From contig MCFH01000003.1 in NCBI GenBank assembly GCA_002104945.1, positions 1,054,001 to 1,118,000 on the forward strand: 64,000 nucleotides of DNA, in the 5' to 3' direction. Shown here one piece after another: positions 49,623 through 64,000 of the stretch; the stretch's first letter is position 1; every line of letters starts with the position of its first letter. The notes beneath the pieces are model-generated. The model made no database searches. It saw only the letters and a list, made by a program, of their open reading frames with translations, and was not told where the DNA came from. The stretch comes from Piromyces finnis finn (taxonomy: Eukaryota > Fungi > Neocallimastigomycota). Made by a program: the position numbers and the translations under genes.

Positions 49623-52600
49623 ATGGATAACGAAGGTGTATTTAGATCTACAAATCCAATACTAAATAAAATAGAAGTAAATATTATATGTATCATGTAA
49701 TAACAATAGCTAAGAATTATTAACGCCTTTTGATTATTATATAATAATTATTTAATATATATTTTTAGGAATATCTATATTCTTTTTATTTTAAAGTATC
49801 ATTAAAAATAAGAATTCCGTTAAAAATTGCTTATATTTTAATTTTTTTAGAAGGTATTTAAATTTTATCCAAACCATTATAAATATAATCAGATCAGAAG
49901 AAGAAAAAAAAAAAAAAAAAAAAAAAACTTTATATATTTTATTAATATAACATTATTTACATATTATGTATATATATATTTATATTAAAATTATTATAAT
50001 ACAATAAACAACTGGGAAAAAAAGATATACAATTAATTTATTTTTCTTATAGCAATGCATTATATAAAATTCCAAGTTTCATTCAAATACCTATTTCATT
50101 AATTGGTTTTGATTTCATTCCTGATAATTACTTAGGTAAATAGTTATAATACATCCATGATAATAAAAATCCAATCTATTATAATTATAATTATTTCTAA
50201 CTCATTATTATATTACAAATGAAAGATTTTGCCGTTATATTAGCATTTTCGATGATTTTTATATTTTTAATATATCAAAGTAAAAATATAATAGTTTTAT
50301 ATATATATATATATATAATATAATTTAAAATCTTTTTATATTACTAAATATACATTATTGTGTTAATTTAAACAGTTTCTTCTATATTTTTCTTAGTACC
50401 AAAAAAGTACAAATATATATTTATATTTATATATTATTTACTTTTATCAACAATATTTTCTAATAACATTAAAAAAATATTTATTTATATTTTAAAAATT
50501 AATATTTTTGTATAATAGAATTTTGAAAATCGAAATAATTAAAGTAAGAATTTATATACAACACCAATAGAACTATAATATACTTTATATAATTTAAACT
50601 ATTATTAATATTTATTACTATTTATAAAAAAAAAGAAATCAAATAACATCACAATCGCATTATTCAAGTATGTATATCATTTTATATATAATTTCTATTA
50701 AATTAAAAAAAGAAAATTACTAATAATTATATATTATTATTAGGATTCTATTTTATTTAAGTATGTAATAACTACATATACCTTTATTAATATTTATATT
50801 TTCTTAAATATTAAAAACTAAAGAGTTAACTATCAACTATCAATATATAAATAAATAGTTTCATCAATTTTTATTAAATTCATATTTTTAAGTTTTCAAT
50901 CTCAAAACTATAAATCATTTGCTTTGTATGTATAATAAACAACATTAAAATTTAAGAATCTATTAATAATATAAATATTTTTAAAATATATTAATTAATC
51001 ATTATTATATAATATATATATATATAAAGAAATTTACTATCAAGTATTGGAATTACAATTTTTGTATTTCTGAGTGTATTAATTTCTCCAATATATATGA
51101 CACCTATTTCAATGAATAATAAAAATTATTATGATCAATGTTATTCAATATTTCCATATGTTTATTTAGCAGGAAAAATATTATTGGTATGATAATCCTA
51201 TAATAAATTCAGTGTAAATCAAAAGTTTTAACTATTATCATATAAATAAATAATCATATTAAATATATTTATTATATGCTTATATAGATAATAATTAATA
51301 ATATTTTTAGAATGTTTTCAATTTCAGAATATATGTATATTCCTTTACTATGTATAACACTCTATTTATATAAATTGAATACTAAATTACAACCTTACTA
51401 CGAAATCAATTTAAACACCTTTAGAGGAGGAATTTTTGGATTTATAATATTCATTTGTTTCTTTAGTATAGTAAAATCAAATATAAAATCCAATAGTACT
51501 ATTATGTTTATTTTGTCATTAGTTATTGGAATTATTGGATTTTTCATTGGAATGTTCATATCTATTTTTATATACAAAAGAACTATGAAAAAAATATATT
51601 ACAATTACAAAAAATTGATAAATATTCATGATCCTGATATGGTATCACCTGATAATGAAGAAAATGAAGAGGAAGATGAAGAAGAAGATGCTGATGATGA
51701 TAATAATAATGATAATGATCAAGATGAACAGTTAGTTTCAATATCAGAAGAAGAAGAAGAAGAAAGTCAAGATTCAAGGGAAGAAAATTCAAATGATGAT
51801 GAAGATAATTCTTCATATTCCTCAAATTCAGAAAGTCAAGGAAAATCAGAGAAATATTTAAGTAATGATAATTCTAGTGATTCTTATGATTACAATGGGG
51901 ATGATGAAATTGTATTATTTAATTCGATTTATCAAATAGGTAATTTATTCAAAAAAAATAAAAGTTTTATATTACATTCGAAATCATATTTTAAAATTAA
52001 AATATTTAATTTAATTAACAATAAAAGCAAATACAATATCACTTAATGAAAAAATGAAAATATTTTCTTATCCTGAAAGTTGTGAAATTGCTTGTCGTTT
52101 TACCAGACATAATATTTCGGGTAATGCTATGCAATTGGCAATTAATATAATAAGAAAAGGGTGTGTATTTTATTTCATATATATATTAAAATTATGAATT
52201 AGTTTTTTTTTTTATATTTAATCTATATTTTTAATAATGATAATAAGGATAATAAACAGATAATAAATAAAAAAAGCATTTATATTTTTATTTTAATTAT
52301 CAATACTAATACCTATAAATATTTTTAAAAAAAAATATTAATTACATTATTATTAAAATATTTATTAATCAAAATAATTATTAATGTTTAGAATTAACCA
52401 ATACCCAAAATATATTCCGGTAAAAATCTTAAAATAAAAAAAATTATATATATACATTTAACGAATATTAATAAAGATTGCATATATATTTTTTATTTTA
52501 TATTTTTTGATTATAGTTATTTGTTCATTTTATCTATTTAAAATGGCTTGATGAATTAAATCAAAAAAAATACAATAATTTAGATGGAGAAGGTGATTTT

Positions 52601-55600
52601 AATTGTAATACTAAGTTAAGTAGAGACAGAAAACCAAATTTAAATATAAGGTATTACTATTATCATTTTACACAATATACTTTAAAAGAAGAAAAGAAAT
52701 TAGAAGAATATGAAGACAAGTAAGAATCCATTAATTTATTATCTGCTAGACATATTTAAATATGATAAATAAACTAATATTTAATTGGTGATACGTTTAA
52801 TAATGATAGACAGATATTAACAAAATTTGTGGATATGGAAAGCAATGCTGTTAAATATCATTTAACAACTACTTTTATATTGAAGAGATTATTTGAAAAA
52901 ATCAAAGAAGAGGAAAATTTTGATTTTGATTTAATAGTTCAATATATAGTAGTTATTAAAGCTCTAAAGATTAAAGTCGATTCATATTATAAGGAATTAC
53001 TTAATATTTTTAAGGAAGAAAAAGTAAACAATATAGAATTTAATATTTTTAATATTATATATAAATGACTAATATATAATTTAATGTTTAAAATAATAAT
53101 ATAGAGTATTCCTAATCTTTATAATCTCTTTAAGAATAATATAATGGTAATTTTAACATAACTATATAAACATATATTTTAAGATGAAATCATACCATTT
53201 AATTATTCTATTTTATTAATATATTTATTATAATATTTTAGAATGAAAATGATATTGAAGTAAGTATGATATAATAATTATATAAATTGTTTTTATAAAT
53301 TTATATTAATTCATACTAATGATATTGTTAATCATAAACAAAGGAACGGTATAATAAGGTACATTTATAAGTTATTATTAATTATTAATAAAAATAAAAA
53401 TTTTAAAATATAATAATTTTAATAATAATAAATAAAAAAATAGCTTTATCAAGATTATTTAACAGCAAATCAAGGAAAAAAAACAATCAGAAAAATAAGA
53501 GCTATAAGTAATCAATCCATCGATAAATCAAAATCAAATTTAGAATTAAATTTTAATGATGATGATGATTACAATAATATTGCAAAATGTCAATATGAAT
53601 TAAATCAATATAAAAGGAAATTAGAAATTAAGTAAGTAATATTTATTATTAATGATGATTCAATATTAATTGAAATTATTAAATTATTTATTTTATAAAA
53701 AAAATTATTATTTCTATCTCAGAGAACGTTTAAGAGAAATTCTTCATAACAAAATAAAAGTATATAGAAAAATTCTTTATATAATTTTTCTTATTATTGT
53801 GATATTATTCTTTTTACAGTTAGTATAATAAATAGTTAATTTATATAAAATAATATGTAAATAACTAATTAATACATTTTTTATATGTAGATGCTATTTT
53901 TATTTTAATTTTTATTACAAAGTATCCTCTAGTGATGATGTAATAACCAAAAGAATTAAGTCAAATACACTTGTTGAAAAGATATATAGAGATGTTAGAT
54001 TAATGAGTATTAGTGGTGCATCTGAAGATGAAATAAATTATGAAAAGTATTATCAAGATGTACTTTCTCTAAAAGATAAAATTACAGATATATTTATAAA
54101 TAGATTTAAAACAACATCATCAATAGATAAATCACAATATCCTTTAATTACTACAAATAATTACTTTCAAGAAGTTTCCTATGTTAATTCCTATGAATTT
54201 GCAAAATATTTCGAATCATATACGTTTTCTATTTATAACTATGATATAAACGACTGGAAATATGATAAAAATAAGATATCATTATTCGAAGGCAACACTT
54301 ACAAATTCTTCATTGGTAATTATTACTACTACTATCAACAGGATTTAAAAAATAACAAAATAGATGTAATAAATAATTAATAATAATTAATAATTATTTT
54401 TATATTAGAAAACTTCAAAGAAAATATTAATGTTATAATGGATACATCATTACAACTTGAACTTGGAGATTTTGAAAATAGTGTGAATAACTTTTATAAT
54501 TATTGGATATTAATTAATATAATATTATTACTTTTTGTTGGTCTTTTCTGTTTCTTCAGTAATATATATAATAAAAATATATATAATATAATATAAATAA
54601 TATAAGATACTAATTACATAATATCTATATAAGTTGTTAAACCCATTGATAATACAGCTAAAAAAATCTTTGATGATTCAATCAAAGCAATTAAAACCAT
54701 TTCATTAGGTAAATTTATATTTAAAATATCTAACTATATATAAATATATATTTATATCAACCCCCACTTGTAGAATTATAATAAATATCTTATAAATATT
54801 TTTACCATTTTTTGTATCATCAATAATAGAGTATATTGAAGATATTATAGATATATTTAATAAAGACGTAGAATTACTATCTAAAACATATGATGTAAAT
54901 CCAGATTATAATTTACATGAACTGAAATATATAAAAGATGATTTAGATAATACAACTGATAGACACAGTTTAATAATAAAGAAAAAGTTACGCAGAAAAT
55001 TAAGAATGACTTTATATATAATTGTATTCATATTTATAATCTTTATAGTTGAAATTCCATTTATGGTAACATAACATACTATATCTTTTTAGCAATATAT
55101 TAAATATATATAATATAACATTAAATTGTTTTAATTATTGTGTATATGTATATTTATTAAATAGTATAAAGTTATTGATATAAATAATTCTGTTAATATA
55201 TTATATAAAATGGTTAGTATATATTAAAAATAAATATAAAATATATTTATTAACCAGTACTTAATACAAGAACAATAGCAAATACAACTTAATAATAATG
55301 TATTTTTTTATTATTTTTCATTTTAGTCCAATGCCAAAAAGTATATCTATAATATATGTATATATTCATATGAAACAGTGATTCAAGATAGGGATGCATA
55401 TTATCCAGGTGAATCGGAGATGTATTTATCAGATAATATTCTTAATATGAATGTAAGTCTATTAAACATTATGATATAATCTATATATTTATATTCTAAA
55501 GTTAATTATATTTTGAAATTATTAAAAATTTTAAATGAAATTTTTAAAAAATACAGAAATTATCTGAGACTTTATTTAAAAAATCAAATGAAGCTTCGTT

Positions 55601-56302
55601 ATTAGATTATGATACTTTGAATGGGTTTTTATATAAGAATTTCTGTAAAAATGAAGATGAAAACTGTGATGAATTTAACAACTATAAAGATATTTGTACA
55701 TATATATTCCATTATTAAATATAGTTTTTTTAGATCTATATTATTTACTAATATATATTTTATAAAAAAAAATATTATTTATTTATTTTTTCTTTTTTTT
55801 AGATTTAAATAAAAACTATATGAGTTCACCAATTAATGATATTATATATGAATTTATTTCAAGAAGTTCGGCATTATTAGAAAACCATGAAATAAAAGAT
55901 ATGAAAACTAGTGAATATATTGAAAATATGTATAATGACAATACTAAAATATATCAAAGAGCAAAAATGATATTTGATGAAACAAAAAGTAATGAAATTA
56001 TTGAATATATTAATGCAACTACTGACTATATCATTAAAACATTGGAAATCATGGAGGATATACTTTTAGAAGAAGTGGTTGATGAAATTAGATCAACATA
56101 TTATATAATGTTGATAATAGCATTTATTGCTGGAATCATTGTTGATTATATCATATTTAAGATTTTAATTAAAGAATATATTAAGATAAGATTATTTGAA
56201 ATAGATGAATTGCTTAATATAGTATTCTTTGTTCCGATGAGTGTTATTAAAATTTCTAAAATTTTTAGAAATTATATTCAAAGTGGAAAACTCGAAGCCT
56301 AA
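49623..56302 (+). CDS. Multi-exon multipass membrane protein, TmcB/TmcC-like (paralog A)
   Basis: N-terminal TM cluster with QPYY..NLNTFRGG, acidic tract, CEIACRF helical region, KPNLNIRYYY, internal TM helices, C-terminal TM then ELLNIVFFVP. The family label is from recalled pattern, not a search. Confidence 0.6.
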
Positions 56303-57096
56303 CTATTTTAATAAATATTTAAATTCTCAAATTTCAATTATAAATCATTGATGCTTAATATTTTTGAAATATTGTTATCTATAAAAGAATAAGATATATT
56401 TATTTCATTTTACATGATTAAAAAGTTGTATTTATAAATATAAAAATTATTTTAAATAAAAAATATTCAATTTTTTTTTACTATTTTATAAAGAAAGAAA
56501 TTATTATGATAAACAAAATTTGCCAGTTTATTTAATAAAAATAAAGTGACTTCAAAAAAAGAAGTGATTTATACATAAAAAATTTATAGTAATCTTTTTT
56601 TCTTCATTTAGATTATTTAACCATTTTTTATAAATATATATATTTTTTAAAATTATATTTGTATAATTATACAAAGTAATATATAAGGCCATACTAATAA
56701 ATAATTTATTACAGATTATTTATGATATAAAAAATGATAAAAACACTTTAAAATGTAGTTTTAGTAGCTAAAAAAAATAGTTTTTTTTTCTTTTTCTATT
56801 TCATATCTTTTCTTATTCAGAATTTTTCAAAATGACACTTTCAAGAATTCTTTACTATGAATTAAAGTTTTAACAATTTTAAATTTAATTAATTTTTTTT
56901 TTTTAAATTTTAAAATTTTAAAATTAAAAAAACATTTTGATTTAATATGTTCACAATTTTGTTTTAACTATAATAACATTGAAAAAGTTTTATTTAATAA
57001 AAACATAAATATTTTAACATAAATATGAATTATTAAATAATAATTATCATTAATTATCAACAAGTATTTTAATAAATATATGTTAAAAATTTGAAA

Positions 57097-60000
57097 ATGA
57101 GTAGTAAAGATAAAGATTTGGATATATCTGATGAAAAATCAATACAAAATGTATCAAGAGAATATTATCTAAATACATTTTTCTTTTTTTTTTTTAAAAA
57201 AAAAATAAAACAGTTTTTAATCTTTTTAATAATACTAATAAATATTATAATTATAATGAATAGGCGATATGTAACTTTTGCTATGTAATTTCATCTCACA
57301 CTCATATAAACAATGTTATCGGTTGTATTTTAGTTTTCATAGAAGGTTAATATTTTTGTTATTTAAAATAATCAAATCTCAATATTTTACTATAGTATAC
57401 ATTATGAATATTAAAAATAAATATACTTTGTTTTATTATCCTTCATTCAGATATACAAATGTTATATTTTGTATTTAATGAAAGCGTAATTCAAAAACTT
57501 CCAAATGTGTTACAATATCCAATAAAATTTATCGCTTTTGACAATTTTGACTATTCTATTATGAGTAATATAGCAATATACTATATTTAAAATATTATAT
57601 ACTACATATATTAATACATTTTTTATTTTTTTTAGCGAGAATACTTACATTTAGTATGACGTTCTTATTTATAATAACATTACATAATTGTAAGCCTATT
57701 AATTATAATCATATGTAAAAATAAACTATAATCATTTAATACTAATAATCAATACTATTTTTTAATTAAATCTAAGCATATATTCAAATGTTAAAAGTAA
57801 AAACAAGGTATAGTTTATTATTATTTTATGATGATGATGATGTTGTTGTTGTTGTTGCTATGATTATAATTAATAATTATTATATTATATAATAATTTAA
57901 TAACTTAGATTATTAAATGACACAGTTATATCCGTAAGTATAAATTATATATGAAATATATATATTTATATAAAGTAAAAAAGAGTATACGAAATATTAA
58001 TCAAAGTAATTATAATGAAATAGTATAGTTCTTTTTTGTATGTTTTATTAAATACGTAAGTATAGTAAATCATTTAAAAATAAATAAATATATACTATTT
58101 AAGTAAATCATTCAATTTTTATTTTTTATCTATTTTAAATAATCATTTTTATACTCCAATCTAGTATCTATTATATGCCATGTATGGGAGTTACTATTTT
58201 ATTTTTTAATTGAAAAAATTATGAAAATATTTACTTATTTAATATTTTTTTTAAAAAAAAAAACAATTCAACATAGTACTTCATATGTCATTCAAATTTA
58301 TTCTTCAAAAAGATGTATTTTCAAAAAATGTATCTGATACTACAAATTTTGAATCATCATATTCATTATGGTAAAATGAAATATAAATAAATATAATTCT
58401 TTCCATCACAATTTATTAAACAAATAAATATATAAAATAGGTATAATTGTTCATTTGTAATTATATTTTTAACATTTTGTATGGGATTTATGGTAAAAAT
58501 ATATATATTTTTAAATTATTTTAATAAAAATAATGAGAATAAAAATTTTATTATTATTAATTTTATAAAACCAAAAAAAAAAAAAAATGTATAAAATTTT
58601 TAGTATCAAGTTGTTTATATGAATCCAACACCATTAAGAAAATCAAACTCGATATGTCAGTGTTATTCGTTTTCAAATTTAGAATATACTCTATCAAAAT
58701 TTTTAATTGTAAAATCATATATTTATAAATATTATTTAAAGGGGAAAAAAATGAACTAAATATAAAAACTTTTTTTTAAAATTATTATAAAAATAATACA
58801 GGTTTTATTATACTATTTATCAAAAACAACAAATGTTAACATATTATATATGCAATGTTTTATGTTGATATCCTATTTATATATTTGGAAAAAGTTTAAT
58901 ACAGAACACCCATATTATTATGAAACTTTAAATACAATAAGATCAGGATCACTAATGATGATTATACTTTCAAGTATAATTTCATTGCTTGCAAACTTTT
59001 TTAATATAAATGCAACAGTTATTGCAATAATTACTATTATTGCTTCAATTGTTGGATTTATTTTTGGAATATATATATGTAAAAAATTATATAAAAAAAA
59101 AGTTTCAAATATTTTTAAAAAATTAAAAGAAAAATCACTTTTATATATTAAACTTGAAAATGAATATATTAATCCAAATTCAGAAAGTTCAGAGGATTCT
59201 AACAATGAAGAAAAATTTGATTCTTCATCAAACAGTGAAGAAGAAGAAGAAGATGATAACGACGATGGTGATGATGACGAGGAAGAAGAAGAAGAAGAGG
59301 AAAGTAACAGTGTAAGTAGTTCATCAATTAATAGTGAAGTAACTCAATCAAATAATGAAAAAACAACAGAAAAGACCATATTCTTTTCAGAAGAAACTTT
59401 AAGTAAAATTGATATTAAAAAAGACATATTTAATTCAATAAATGAAATTGGTATATTTATAATTAAAATTTTAAGTATATTATTTATATATATTTATGTA
59501 TAAGTATTTTACTCATAAAAAAATAAATATATATATATATATTTATTTACTGCTTTTAAAAAGTTAATAAATATGAAATAAAAGAACAAATCATAGTTTT
59601 TAAATCCCCAAAGCAAATAGAGCTTATATGCCGATTCCTAAGGTATTTTATATATATATATAAAAGAAATAAAATTTAATGATAAAAATAAAAATTCAAA
59701 TAATAAAATGAATCATTTTAATAAAAATGATAAATATAGAAATAATATTTCAATGGAAGCCTATCAATTATTAACATCAATATATGTTGAAGGGTATGTT
59801 TTTTTTTTTTTTGAATAAAAATAAATTTTCTTCATATAAATTATTTTAAAAGAAAGTAATAATTATTAATCTGTAATATAATATTTATATATATTTATAG
59901 ATTTTCACAATACTATAGTAATGCATTGGTAAGTAATCCCAAATATTTTTTTTTAAAAAAAAAAAAGTATTTATAATCTTAAAATACTAAATATTTTATA

Positions 60001-63000
60001 AATATATTGTTAGATACATATCTACTATTCATACTATTACTGGTACATTGAAAGATACTACAAAGATGAAAACAATTATCATGAAAATTATAAATTAGAT
60101 GTAGAATTATTACTTAAATCAGAAATTAGTTCTAATTCTTTGTCATTTACAGAGATAGCTGATGGAATTAAAAGAAACTTCCTTTTAAAATATTATGTAA
60201 ATTTTTTAGTAAGATTAATGGTTGATAAACAAAGAGATAATACAGAAAATGAAAATAAGTTAATATTAAGCACACAAATTTAATAATTCTATAATAGATA
60301 TTTATTGAAATAATTAATAAATTTATCTATATTAATTAATATATATAATTTAATTGTTTTATAATTAGGGAAGTATTAAATAAATATAATAAATATCAAA
60401 ATAATGCAGTAGAAAACCATATTTCCTCATTATATATATTAAAAGTTTTTTTCAAAAAAATAAATCAAAATTTGGACAATAATGTTTCAGCAATTTTAAA
60501 AGAAGTTGATATAAGTAGTTTTTTAGAGTTATTAATGACATCAAAATCAAATACCGAAAAGCATTATAAATTTTTAATAACAAACTTTCCAAATGAAAAA
60601 GTATGATAAATATATACAATTAATATGATAATAAGTCTGAGACTATTTTACCTAATTAAAAAAATTTATAAATTTATAGAAAACATATCTATTATACTCC
60701 ACCTTTTTAAACATTATCACAGTAAATATTTTTACTATTATTAAAAATAATATATATTATTATTATTATTATTTATTTTTTTTAATAATAAATTATTGCT
60801 TATTTTACTAATAACAAATATATTTATATATATATATATTAAATATAGAATAACTACGATATGGCGGTAATTAATTATATATAAAATTTTCATGAAAAAC
60901 AGTATATTTATATATACATAATCAAATACTAATACTAATCTATTTAATATCATAAAAAGAATAAATATTCTCAATACTGTGAAATAGTAAGTATATTTTA
61001 TTTTTTAATATTTAAAATTTATAATATAATATATTTATATTTATTAAAAGTAAATATTGAAATTAAATAAATAAATATTTAAAAATATCCTTCTTAGAAT
61101 TCAACTTTTGATATAAATAATGATTATAAAAAAAATAAATCATCTATAAATTCCCTTAATAAATCAGAAGGAACATCTACAGCTGGTGAAAAAAATGGTA
61201 GAAAAATTAGTGTATTAAAGTAAGATAAATATTATAATGAATCTATTAGTATTATAACAGAGAAAAAAAATAAAAATTAATATGTAAACCTATCTTATAA
61301 ACCTATTATAGAAAAAATTTAAACACACTTTTTATGAAAGAAAGTAAAATTATCTTCAAAATCATTTACTTTTTATTCATATTAATATTAATTGGATATT
61401 TGGTCATGTAATTAGTAAAAAAAATTTTTTTTTAATTATAATAACATAAATTTACACTTTAAAAGTTTTATATATAATAATCATAGTAAACATAATCAAT
61501 AATAATACTAAGCTTTTAATTTAAATGTTTAACCTATATAGGTCCAATTGTTGTCATGTATATTTACGTAAATTACAAGAAGAAATATCATTAATGGATG
61601 GTTTATTAAATGTAGATTACATAGCAACGAAATTATCAAGATCTATTAGATTATTAAGTTTGTATATGATGAATGATGATTTCGAAAATGTAAATAAAAT
61701 TAAAGAAGATATTATAACAAATCAATTACCTTTAATACAAGAAAAGATAATACCATATTTAAAAAGAGATCAAGCAACCGAAGCATCAACCTATCCTGTT
61801 TTTATTAGTAGTCTTGATGATGATGTTAATAGAGGAATGAATTTTTACATGAACGGGTATGAATTATATAAAAAAATGGATACATTTGCAAGGTTTTTTA
61901 TTAATTTAAATGATGACGATTGGTATAACATATGCTTTTATGATGAAAATAAAATTCAAAATAATAATGAAAGAAGTTACTTAAATGAAATGAAAGATGA
62001 AAAAATACAATATAACAAAGAAAATGATAAAATCGTAAAATATTGTTACAATAATGACTCTGAAAACCATAAAAATTGTACACTTCAAAATAGTTTCAAT
62101 ATTAATACTATACAATTATCTTCCTATGATAAATGCATAGACGATACCGTTATTAATTATAAAGAAGAAATTTTTGATGATAATGATACTATGTGTTATG
62201 AAGAAAGTACTTTAAAATATATGGATAATCATTGCATTCGTGATGATACACCAATTAATTTTGAAAATAATTATAATAATTATAATTTTAAAGAACGTAA
62301 TGACCAAAAAGATTATATATATGTTGATAGTTTACATGAATCACCTTTATTACAGTTAAATAATAATAAAAATATTTACATAAATAAAATTAATAATAAT
62401 AATAATGAAAATTATCATAATAATGATACTAATAATAATAATAGAAAAACCAATATAAATAATGACAATGATGATAACAATAACAAATATAATACTAATA
62501 ATAATGATGATAACCGTAGTATAAATAATAATTGGAATAAAGAAATGTTAAATAGTATTGTATATAGAGATGTCGATAAAAATAATTGTAATTTCTTAAA
62601 TGATTACCGATTAAGGTATATATAACTTTATTATAATGAAAAAAAATATTATAATTAATTTTTATTCTAATGATTTTAAATTTCATAAATAACAAATATG
62701 AAATATTTACACTAGATTCTTTTCAGGTAATTTTTTTTTTAAAAAAAAATGAATATAAAAAAAATATTAATAATAAAAAAATACATAAATAATAATATAA
62801 CAATTAAATAATGATTTTTTTTTAATTTCTTATATATTTAATTAATTTAATTAGAAAATATTAAGGACTATGTATTTAATATTCTGGAAGAATCAAAAGA
62901 TAGAATTAATAATAAAATAGATTTAATAAAAAAAGTATTTTATATAATTATTATTGTATCAGCTCTCTTCTGTATTGTAATTTCGTTCTTCCTTAATATG

Positions 63001-64000
63001 TTTTGTAAGTAAAATTAATTATGATAAAACAAAAATAAATAATTATAGTTGAAAAAAATTATATAATATTCTTAATTTATTATAATTATATAATTAGGTT
63101 TAATCACTTTACTTGATGAAAGAACAAATATTCAAAAGAAAACATTAAGATTATTTAAAACAATTTCTAAAAGTATTAAATATTTTTATTATTATACTCT
63201 TCTTTATTTAATATTAATTCAATTTTTAAAAAAAAAAACATATTTTAAAATTACAAAATTATTTAAATATTATTATTAGGTGTTTTTGAAGACTTACATG
63301 ATTTATATAAAAAGAATATTAAAATTATTGCTGATTCAACAAATGTAAATCCTGAAATATTCCAAAAAGAAATTAAGAAGAAAGTTGGAATGATTTTAGA
63401 AAAATCAGGAAAACCAAGATATAATAATACGAAAGCATATATTTGTAATTTATTTATGATAACATCCATTGTATCTTTTTTAGTTCCTTTTATTGTAAAT
63501 ATAATTATATCAAAAAAAAATAATATATATATATTTATTCTTTCCTTTTATAATATATATTATATAATATATTCATATTTCTAATTTTTTAATTTTTTAC
63601 TATAATCCCAACAAATATTAATAAAAAAAGATTTGTAATAATTATATTGAAGATTCTATAAGTTATGCCGTCAATATTGTAAGTTAAGTAATAATAATAA
63701 ATGTAATATTGATTTAAGTATTTACTTTATATTTTTCAATTTAAAATAGTCAGATAGAAAAAAAATGATTGAAGAAATAAATTTATATACCATGGAAACA
63801 GTATTCCAAGATAGAAATATATACCCACCAGGTGATAGTGAAATTAAATTAAAATTTGTATTAAATAAGTTAAAGGTAGTATTGAATTAAAAAAAATTAT
63901 TAAATATACAATGGTTTAATTAAAGAATAAATAAAAAACATTAAATAGTAATGTTATTAAGCATTATTCATGGTTTTTTATATATATATATATATATTTA
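57097..64000 (+). CDS. Second TmcB/TmcC-like membrane protein (paralog B), truncated by the window end
   Basis: Same motif order as paralog A: ILVFIEG vs ILIFLEG, HPYYYETLNTIRSG, acidic tract, IELICRF, ETVFQDRNIYPPGDSE vs ETVIQDRDAYYPGESE. Confidence 0.6.

Overview
Extremely AT-rich, intron-rich eukaryotic DNA. Composition, short AT-rich GT-AG introns, CBM18 proteins and an intronless bacterial-type CAZyme suggest an anaerobic gut fungus (Neocallimastigomycota); this is an inference. From left to right: decayed LTR-retrotransposon cluster (copia-like gag, Ty3/gypsy pol with deleted RT core); CMS1-like gene; secreted CAP-CBM18 gene; CBM18 relic; intronless GH3 NagZ; 1555-aa PH-domain protein; a multi-exon locus joining an XRN 5'-3' exoribonuclease domain in frame to DNAJC7-like TPR repeats and a J-domain (damaged in this copy); F-box/LRR gene; BRCC36-like MPN protein lacking its JAMM ligands with a huge Q/N-rich tail; and two tandem TmcB-like multipass membrane genes. 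The most unusual items are three. (1) Two >99% identical copies of a ~550-bp tRNA-Ala-derived SINE with poly(A) tails and TSDs, carrying an internal intron-like cassette with a perfect 11-nt U1-complementary site. (2) The XRN-TPR-J fusion architecture. (3) A ~555-bp segment duplicated in inverted and circularly permuted form, the expected signature of a reintegrated DNA circle. All alignments were done by eye and no database searches were run.
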